A stretch of 64,000 bases of DNA from Octopus sinensis (Eukaryota): contig NC_043003.1 of the NCBI RefSeq assembly GCF_006345805.1, positions 12,958,001 to 13,022,000 on the forward strand, written 5' to 3'. The translations under genes were made by a program, and so were the position numbers. The notes under the pieces were generated by a model that was given only the letters and a program-made list of their open reading frames with translations, did no database searches and was not told where the DNA came from. Below are positions 54,210 through 64,000 of this stretch, piece by piece (positions within the stretch are counted from its first letter, which is position 1; each line of letters begins with the position of its first letter).

Positions 54210-54748
54210 CAGTAAACCCTTGCCATATTGTGGTTCACCTATTGTTTGTTCCTTCTCGAGCCATGCCTGGCTCATAAGGGCTGGTTTCCCAGTTTCAATG
54301 GCATATAGGTTCCCCACATGGACGGGACGCCTGTCCATCGCAGGTGAGCTGCAAGATGCAGGAGGAAAGAGTGAGAGAAAGTTGTGGCGAAAGAGTCAGC
54401 AGAAGTTTGCCATTACCTTCTGCCGGAACCACATGGATCTCAGGTGTTTCGCTGATAAACACACACATCACCCGGTCTGAGATTCGAACCCGCAATCCCA
54501 CGACCACAAGTCCGCTGCTATAAGCCCTAGGCCATGTGCCTCCACACTGGTTCACCTATTGCGGTTTATTATCTAAGCTTACATCAATTCCTCCGTGGTG
54601 TTGTTTTGTATTTATAATAAAATAAATATATACAAATTATAAAAATAATTTTAAAAATGTACAGTGCAGTATTGTTTCCACTTCATGGATTTTCACCTAT
54701 CGCGGGGGGTTTTGGAACATAACATCTGTGATAGTCAAGGGATCACTA
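54210..54748. mobile_element. Same MITE family interrupted by a SINE (54245-54547, minus)
   Basis: Similar TIRs. The SINE is flanked by a 14-bp TSD TGGTTCACCTATTG (54231-54244, 54548-54561). Confidence 0.7.
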
Positions 54749-55091
54749 TACATACATATATACATACACACGCACAAATATGTAAGCATGCATATATAAA
54801 TATGTGTGTGTGTGTATGTATGTATATATATACATATGATGCATGTTTATGTATGTGCATATATGTGTATGTATGTAGATAGATAAATAGATAGATAGAT
54901 AGATAGACAGAGAGAAATAGATAGATAGAAAACTAGATAGATAGATAGATAGATAGACAGAGAAAGATAGATAGATAGATAGATAGGTAGATAGATAGAC
55001 AGACAGACAGATAGATAGATAGACAGAAAAAGAGAGATAGATAGGTAGATAGATAGATAGAAAACTATGCATGCATACATCATATATATAT

Positions 55092-56087
55092 TAGGGTGGA
55101 GTGTTGTTTCATGGTTTTCGATTTCAAGATGGAGCGTAAGTTGTGAATGGACATCAAAACAATTGGTGTAAAATCTTAAAACTCTGCAACAATATTTTCG
55201 GTCTCCTCAAACACCTTGGGAAATGGAAAAAGTGGAAAAAAAAAAAAAACGGCTTCTACTTATTTATTAGCTATAAAATACAGTTTTCATTGCATCTTCT
55301 TCAGATATCTTTTAAATGACTATGATGAAATTACTCTGGGCATGTTTTTCTTTTTTTCTGTGACTTCATCTTCTGCTTCCACCGTATTTACATCTACATG
55401 AAAGATTTTCTAAATTCGCTAAAAAAAAATATTTACAATCATCATCATCATCATCATCGTTTAACGTCCGTTTTCCATGCTAGCATGGATTGGATGGTTC
55501 GACCGGGGTCTAGAAGGCCAGGAGGCTGCACCAGGCTCCAGGCTGATCTGGCAGTGTTTCTACAGCTGGATGCCCTTCCTAACACCAACCACTCCAAGAG
55601 TGTAGTGGGTGCTTTTTACGTGCCACCAGCACAGGGGCCAGAGGAGGCTGGCAAACAGCATCGATCGGTTAGTACTTTTACATGTCACCAACACGGATGC
55701 CAGTCAGGCGGGGCTGGCATCTGCCACGTTCGGACGGTGCTTTTAACATGTCACCGGCATGAGTATCTTAACTACAATTTCCATTTGATTTTCATTTTGA
55801 TGTTGGTGTTAATGTACTTGCATATTTTGAGGTGTTTATGGAGGCAGGAAAAATCATGTTTAAGTCATATTTTAAAGTAATTTCCCCCATCATTTAAAAA
55901 ATACCTGAAGACAATGCAATAAAGACAAAGCTATTAAATAAGTAGAGATGTTTTTTTTCCACTTTTTCCATTCTTCAATGCATTTTGGAGACAGAAGATA
56001 TTGTTGCAGACTTTTTGATGTCCATTCAGAACTTTTCTGCACTACCCCATCACAAAATCAAAAATTGTGGAAAAATGCTCCACCCTA
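55092..56087. mobile_element. Long-TIR MITE interrupted by a (CAT)n-tailed SINE
   Basis: TAGGGTGGAG...CTCCACCCTA termini with extended imperfect inverted arms (GAATGGACATCAAAA / TTTGATGTCCATTC). Confidence 0.55.
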
Positions 56088-56112
56088 AGATATATATATA
56101 TATGTGTGCATG

Positions 56113-56712
56113 TATACACACACACACACACACACATATATATATGTGCATATATAGATATACATATCGATATACATATACATACTTATATGTGTGTGTA
56201 TGTATATACGTATATGATCATGAGGTTGTGAGGTTTGATTCCTGCACCAGGCTGCATGTAGTGTTCTTGAGTAAGACACTTCACTTCACATTGCTCCAAT
56301 TCATTCAGCTGTATAAATGAGTTGCAACATCCCTGGTGTCAAGCTGTACTGGCCTTTGCCTTTCCCTTGGACAACATCAGAGAGGGCAGGCTGGTATGCA
56401 TGAGTGACTGCTGGTCTTCCATAAACAACCTTGCCCAGACTTGTGCCTCAGATGGGAACTTTCGAGGTGCAATCCCATGGTCATTATTAAAGCATGAGAG
56501 AAGCAGGGACAGAGCAGATTCTTGTTGTAGAGGGGCTTCGTGGCTAATCACATTTAGAAGAGAGGGTGAGTATGATCAGTAGGGGTTTCAAAGGGATAAA
56601 TACTGGTAATGAGGCGCCCAGGAGACCCTTCAAGGTATGAGGTGAATATAAGTGAGTAGGGACAAAGGAACTAGCAATGTGGGTGGTAGGGAACAAACAC
56701 AGACACAAAGAT

Positions 56713-56744
<32 letters not shown>

Positions 56745-57327
56745 GTGCATATATAGATATACATATCGATATACATATACATACTTATATGTGTGTGTAT
56801 GTATATACGTATATGATCATGAGGTTGTGAGGTTTGATTCCTGCACCAGGCTGCATGTAGTGTTCTTGAGTAAGACACTTCACTTCACATTGCTCCAATT
56901 CATTCAGCTGTATAAATGAGTTGCAACATCCCTGGTGTCAAGCTGTACTGGCCTTTGCCTTTCCCTTGGACAACATCAGAGAGGGCAGGCTGGTATGCAT
57001 GAGTGACTGCTGGTCTTCCATAAACAACCTTGCCCAGACTTGTGCCTCAGATGGGAACTTTCGAGGTGCAATCCCATGGTCATTATTAAAGCATGAGAGA
57101 AGCAGGGACAGAGCAGATTCTTGTTGTAGAGGGGCTTCGTGGCTAATCACATTTAGAAGAGAGGGTGAGTATGATCAGTAGGGGTTTCAAAGGGATAAAT
57201 ACTGGTAATGAGGCGCCCAGGAGACCCTTCAAGGTATGAGGTGAATATAAGTGAGTAGGGACAAAGGAACTAGCAATGTGGGTGGTAGGGAACAAACACA
57301 GACACAAAGATACACACACACACACAC
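56113..57327. repeat. Near-perfect 599-bp tandem duplication
   Basis: Identical ORF translations at 56322/56921 and 56339/56938 (offset 599); junctions fall in (CA)n tracts. Confidence 0.95.
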
Positions 57328-58589
57328 AAAAACACACATATATATATATATGTCAGGCTTCTTTCAGTTTCCGTCTATCAAATCCACTCACAGTGCTTTG
57401 GTTGGCCCAAGGCTATAGTAGAAGACTCTTGCCCTAAGGTGCCGCCACACAGTGGGACTGAACCCGGAACCTTGTGGTTGGGAAGCAAACTTCTTATTTC
57501 TTTACTACCCACAAGGGACTAAACACAGAGAGAACAAACAAGGACAGACAAACGGATTAAGTCGATTTTATCGACCCCTGTGTGTAACTGGTACTTATTT
57601 AATTGAACCCGAAAGGAGGAAAGGCAAAGTTGACCTTGGCGGAATTTGAACTCAGAACGTAACGGCAGATGAAATACAGCTAAGCATTTCACCTGGTGTG
57701 CTAACATTTCTGCCAGCATGCCACCTTACTTCTTGCCACACAGTCACACCTGCATCTAGAAGATAATGGCGGAAACAATTGCAAAGATGGTGGGATCGAA
57801 AGGTTGAAGTAAAGAGTAGCTGATAAGGGTTAACGATTTTCCTTTTCGTTATAAATGGAATTTAAATTGATTACAATTTTGTTCTGGTTCACTAAATTAA
57901 GTATGTTAGACCCAATCCCTTTTGTCAGCATGATCTTTCATATCTTGCCCTTATCTTGCAAACCTTCGATCCTTCTCAACATCTGTGATGCTTTTGTTTC
58001 TATTATCTGTTCTCCGTCTTAATGTCAAGGCAAGATTTTCAAAAATCCAGTTTACGGCTGAACCAGCCATGCCTTACTTTTAAAAATGTAGCTTATTAAA
58101 TGCTTCATTCTATGGCAGTGATTCAGCTAGTGGTTCCCACTGCAGTGGTTCTCAGCAGTTGTTCCCAACCCTTTTGTTTAAGTGAATTTTCCCATGGGTC
58201 CCTTTTACTATGCTTATCCTTATGTATATATTTCTTTTACATGTTTCGGTCATTTGGCTGCGGCCATACTGGAGCACTGCCTTTTAGCCAAAGAAATCAA
58301 CCTCTGGACTTATTCTTTGTAAGCCTGGTACTTATTCTATTGGTCTCTTTTGCCGAACCACTAAGTTACGGGGATGTAAACACACTAACATCAGTTGTCA
58401 AGTGATTGTGGAGAGACAAGAACAAACACACAAATACATGCATACATATATATATATATGTATATAGATAAATAGATAGATAGATAGATTCTAGATAGAT
58501 AGATAGATTCAGATGAATATGGTACATATGTTGAGGCACCAGAATTTAGTACGGTAATATCCATACAATTTCAAAGTAAGGTGATTAAA

Positions 58590-58948
58590 ATCAAAATAAG
58601 CAACAAGGATATCCAGATGTAATGCAGTACAATCGTTTCATGCAACTCCGTTTAATTGAACAATGCAATCGTTATATCAGTTTGAAATGTAGAGCAATCT
58701 TCAGCTGCACAAAGACATAGAATTTAATTAAATTAGAACAGATGGACACATTAGTATAATTATACGTAAAATCTCCAAGAAGTTAAGGAGATAGACATTT
58801 GTTCTAATTTAATTAAATTCTATGTCTTTGTGCAGCTGAAGATTGCTCTGCATTTTAAATTGATGTAATGATTGCATTGTTCAATTAAATGGAGTTGCAT
58901 GAAACAATCGTAGTGCATTACCTGTGGATATCTTTGTTGCTTATTTTG

Positions 58949-58950
<2 letters not shown>
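58590..58950. repeat. Inverted repeat, ~155-bp arms, ~51-nt spacer
   Basis: 58590-58744 versus 58796-58950; same family as sequence at 1-55 and ~175-330. Confidence 0.9.
58623..58709 (-). ncRNA. Hammerhead ribozyme motif with long stem II
   Basis: Minus strand TGCAG-CTGAAGA-(~58 nt)-GAAA-CGATTG-TA-CTGCA. Related copies at 58831-58917 (+) and 198-285 (+). Confidence 0.55.
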
Positions 58951-58983
<33 letters not shown>

Positions 58984-59150
58984 CACACACAATGGGCTTC
59001 TTTCAGTTTCTGTCTACCAAATCCACTCACAATGCTTTAGTTGGCCTGAGGCTTTAGTAGAAGACACTTGCCCAAGGTGCCACACAATGCGACTAAAACC
59101 TGAACCATGTCATTGGGAAGCAAGCTTCTTACCACACAGCCATGCCTGCA

Positions 59151-59186
<36 letters not shown>

Positions 59187-61451
59187 TTTAAATTTAATCA
59201 CAGATCCTCAGTACTACCTTTGCAGACCACCAGGGAGATACAGACTCCAAGTCGGGAACCACTGTTCTATGGCATACGTACACAAGTGTACCCCTCCTTC
59301 GACTTTGTTTCCCAATAACTTTTAGAAAGACAGATACTTTTATTGAAATTTTCTAGTGGCTGTGTGGTAAGAAGCTTACTTCCAAGCTACATGGTTCTAG
59401 GTTCAGTCCCACTGAGTGGCACCTTGAGCAAGTGTTTTTTACTATAGCCTCAGGCCGACCAAAGCTTTGAGTTAATTTAGTAGATGGAAACTGAAAAGAA
59501 GCCCGTAGAATAAATATATATATATATATATATGCATACACACACACACATGTATTTATCATATTTACACATATATTTATCTGTGTGTCTGCATTTGCCC
59601 CCACCACCACTATCACTTGACAATCAATGTTGGTGTATTTCTGTAACTATAACTTAGCAGTTTAGCAAAAGGTATCGATAGAGTTGGTGCCAGGCTTACA
59701 AAGAATAAGTCCTGGAGTTGATTTCTTCAACTAAAAGGCAGTGCTCCAGCATGGCTGCAGTCAAATGACTAAGAAAAGTAAACGAATAAAAGAATATACC
59801 TTTTAGATGATGTGGATCATGATTATATCAGAATTTAATGAGAAAAGAAATTGTTGAGCATCCAAATCTACATTACACTTATATCTATAAAAATGAAACT
59901 TGAAAAATTTTGAAAGAAAAATTATATGATGTGTGTCATTATGTATGTATACATGCCTACCAATTTCTTTTCCACATTAAATTCCAATACAATCAGAATT
60001 TGCACCATCTGAGAAGTATTTGTAGGAAATTTCTTTAAAAAAAATACCTATTTTTTCTGAAAGTTATGAGGAAACAAATTCAACTCTAGTGAATTATCTG
60101 AAACTCCATTGCCCAAGTCTGAAAATGTTTTTCACAACAAATGTATACGATGTATACCGTCACATAGCGGTTCAGCAAAAAGAGACCGATAGAATAAGTA
60201 CTGGGCTTACAAGAAATAAGTCCCGGGGTCGATTTGCTCGAACAAAAGGCAGTGCTCCAGCATGGCCGCAGTCAAATGACAGTAACAAGTAAAAGAGTAA
60301 AAGAGTAAGAGTAAGATGAGTTTCCTTCAGTTTCTTATTTCTTTATTGCCCACAAGGGGCTAAACGTAGAGGGGACAAACAAGGACAGACAAAAGGATTA
60401 AGTCGAATTACATCAACCCCAGTGCGTAACTGGTATTTAATTTATTGACCCTAAAAGGATGAAAGGCAAAGTCGACCTCGGTGGAATTTTAACTCAGAAC
60501 GTAAAGACAGTCAAAATACCTACATTCTGAGTTCAAATTCTGCCGAGGTCGACTTTGCCTTTTATCCTTTCGGGGTCGATAAATTAAGTACCAGTTACGC
60601 ACTGGGGTCGATATAATCGACTTAATCCGTTTGTCTGTCCTTGTTTGTCTCCTCTGTGTTTAGCCCCTTGTGGGTAGTAAAGAAATAGGTATTTCATCTG
60701 CCGCTACGTTCTGATTTCAAATTCCGCCGAGGTTGACTTTGCCTTTCATCCTTTCGGGGTCGATAACTAAAGTACCAGTTACGCACTGGTGTCTGTATAA
60801 TTGACTTAATCCGTCTGTCTGTCCTTGTTTGTTCTCTCTGTGTTTAGCCCCTTGTGGGTAGTAAAGAAATAGGTATCAACTACTTGTATTAATTAATCTG
60901 TTCATTTGTACAGTATATCACAAGAGAGCTGATAATCTCCAAAGTAAAAATCATAGAGATAAAGAACCAGATATAACTCCTTCATATAATAGCACCACTC
61001 CTAGAAGACCATTCTGCTTTAATTACCGTTAGCACTAAACGACAATGTACTTTGCCTTTTTACACGATTTTCGTTAATCAAAAAAGATATGCTATCTTTT
61101 AATTATTGAAGGCAACAGTTTTATATATGCTGATGTAATATTAAATTAATTGTTATCTCTCATAAGAAGTTTCAAGAGGTTCATATAGACTTGCATAAAG
61201 TGTTAAAAGAGAGGATACAAATAAACAAAATAAAAAAACAATTTGTGTTTTAAATGACATTTTAATAGAAACCTTTGCCTCACTTTTAAGGTCGAAATAC
61301 TTTCACTCATTCTCTTAAACCCAGAGATCATATACGGCTGTGATATCACTAGATATGTTTTATCTATTGATTATTTGTACAAAGACTAGAGTCTGTCTGA
61401 ATTATGTTGTAGACGATCTATTTAAATAAACAGAAGTGTGTTGTGAGAATG

Positions 61452-61745
61452 AGTAGTGTTTCATGCTACTGAGTCAAATGTTGTAGGTTCAAATCCTGTC
61501 AACTGACCAACGATTTTTGAGGTTCTTTCAAAAAGGAAAGCTTACTTCCAGTAGTGTTTCATGCTACTGAGTCAAATGTTGTAGGTTCAAATCCTGTCAA
61601 CTAACCAACGATTTTTGAGGTTCTTTCAAAAAGGAAAGCTTACTTCCAGTAGTGTTTCATGCTACTGAGTCAAATGTTGTAGGTTCAAATCCTGTCAACT
61701 AACCAACAATTTTTGAGGTTCTTTCAAAAAGGAAAGCTTACTTCC
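61452..61745 (+). repeat. 3 x 98-bp tandem repeat with a tRNA-like B box
   Basis: Units start at 61452, 61550, 61648; each has GGTTCAAATCC followed by ACCA and TTTTT. Confidence 0.9.
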
Positions 61746-63350
61746 ATATATATATATATATATATATACTATCATTACTATTATTACCTCCACCTTAGTG
61801 AAGGCAGAGGTATTGGTTTCAGTCGCATTTGTTTGTTTGTCTCAAAAACTGCTGGATTGATTTGGATGAAACTTTCAGGGATGTTTGGCCTCATGACTGA
61901 CATAAACTCATTAGATTTTGGGGTCGATCTGTATTCTAGATTATTTTTCCTGTATTTTTTACTTAATTTTTGAGAGTGGTCAGGTTCATGTTTAGTATTC
62001 TCGTTTAAGAGAGCAGTCGAGTTTCTTCCAGATATTCTCATTTTAAAAATCATCTCTGGCTAATCATCGAGAGGACGTTGGTGTTGCCTTCGCAGAGGTT
62101 TTCACACTCTGAGTGCTCTTGTTATTATTACGATTGGTGAAATAACCCTCCCAAGACACAAATATATATATTCGTATGTATATATATATATATAAATTTA
62201 AATAATAAGGGTGAAAAATTGAATATTAATTTGATTAATATCAATTTAAAACCAAGGGTCTAGCATGTTGAAAAATCTGAAGATTCAGAAAAATTATATT
62301 ACATACATATAAGAAAGGGTGACCACTAAGTGGACATCCATTATGCTAGATGTAGACCTCATATGGTCTGACCACTAAGAAAAGATTATTCTCAAGAAAA
62401 TTCAGCAAACGCTGTTTACATGGACATATTCAAACATGAAATGTCATAACTTTCAATCCTGGCTCTAATTTCTGTAGAAAATTTTGTAGAATTAATTTTA
62501 AAAAGTGATTCGACACTACTAACTCAGGTAGAACACTGTATTGGCTCTTAAGCCTTTAGTATTATTGTAACGTAGTTATTCGTTGCCAATTATTTTGATG
62601 ATCCTTATTTACACCATAACCATGTGGTAACAATAAAGCATATAATGAAGCAGGGTAACAACAATGTAACAATCCAACAAATGCTCCATGAACTATACAT
62701 CATCATCATCATCATCGTCTAACGTCCGTTTTCCATGCTGGCATTGGTTGGACGGTTTGACCTGGGTCTGGCAAGCCATGGAGGCTGCACCAGGCTCTAG
62801 TCTGATCTGGCAGTGTTTCTACAGCTTGATGCCCTTCCTAACGCCAACCACTCCATGAGTGTAGTGGGTGCTTTTTACGTGCCACCGGCACAGGTCCCAG
62901 GGAGGCTGGCTGCGGCCACAATCGGTTGGTGCTTTTTATGAATCAACAAACAATATTCCAACAAGTTATCCAAACAACACTTTATTAATCCTGCGATTAA
63001 TGCCTACTCTCTTACTCTAATACAGACCGCTACTACTTATAGTCGTTTGGTCAATTCTTTTCTCACAGGAGGTGGTGTGACTCTTTCCACAACAAATACA
63101 CTTGGCAGTATGTTATAATTGCATAACTAAATATGGTGTCCCTACCGGTAATTAATATTTAAAATTTAACAGATGTTAAATGATGATAATAATGATGACA
63201 TTGAGAAAGCTTCTTTACATTTATACATATACCCATGCATGTACACACACACATATCATCATCATCATCACTTAACATCAGTTATCCATGCTGGCAGGCT
63301 TGGACAGTTTGTGCGTGTGTGTATATATATTGTTATGTTTAGAAATATAT

Positions 63351-63393
<43 letters not shown>

Positions 63394-63594
63394 TATATAT
63401 ATTGTGTCTTGGGAGAGTCATTTTCTTTCTATGCCTTATGATTTAACACACTCACCAGTAAAATTTCCACTTATTTCTTATTTTTATTTTCCTTAATTTT
63501 CATTGCGTCTTGCAACCTTTTCAATAGTCTTGAAGATGATGATCAAAATAAGGATCATCAAAATAAAGAATCTTTCAAACCAAATCCCAAAACG

Positions 63595-63638
<44 letters not shown>

Positions 63639-63878
63639 ATATATATATATGTATATATATATGTATGTATATATTTATATAATTAAGATTCAGTTGAATT
63701 AGGTACTTAAATTGAGACACCTTGCCAATTCAATATATAATATGCACAGATTCAAATAAGGTGTACAGAATGTAAATAAATTACAAGGAGATACAGGTGT
63801 CAATAGATTATGGCTGTTTGAAGCGGCTCCATTTAATTGATCAATGGAAACATTACATCAATTTGAAAGAAACTGCTC

Positions 63879-63917
<39 letters not shown>

Positions 63918-64000
63918 ACATGTAGCCACGAAACATGTGTCGTTATTCTACCAAATATATACGTTTTATTTATTATTTTGCTCATTACTTAATCATCGGT

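Overview
AT-rich, repeat-dense animal genomic DNA. The SINE families and microsatellite load look like an octopus (coleoid cephalopod) genome; this is an inference. The left 36 kb carries the 5' part of a RECQL (RecQ1) DNA helicase gene on the minus strand. Eight GT-AG coding exons run from ATG at 36392 to 7301 (1183 nt, about 394 codons, phases consistent), and the RQC/C-terminal exons lie beyond position 1. No second gene could be identified, and almost all other listed ORFs are repeat or microsatellite translations. Introns and intergenic DNA contain tRNA-derived SINEs, CR1 and RTE LINE tails, two non-autonomous Helitrons, piggyBac, Tc1/mariner and pogo relics, two solo LTRs with 4-bp TSDs (one nested in a mariner), a captured 28S rRNA fragment, a 1.4-kb minisatellite and several tandem duplications. 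The most notable signal is a set of minimal type-I hammerhead-ribozyme folds in several unrelated short repeat families. Some sit in long fold-back palindromes, and some have non-canonical cores (U3-A8 swap, A6U), which suggests Penelope-like ribozyme-bearing elements.
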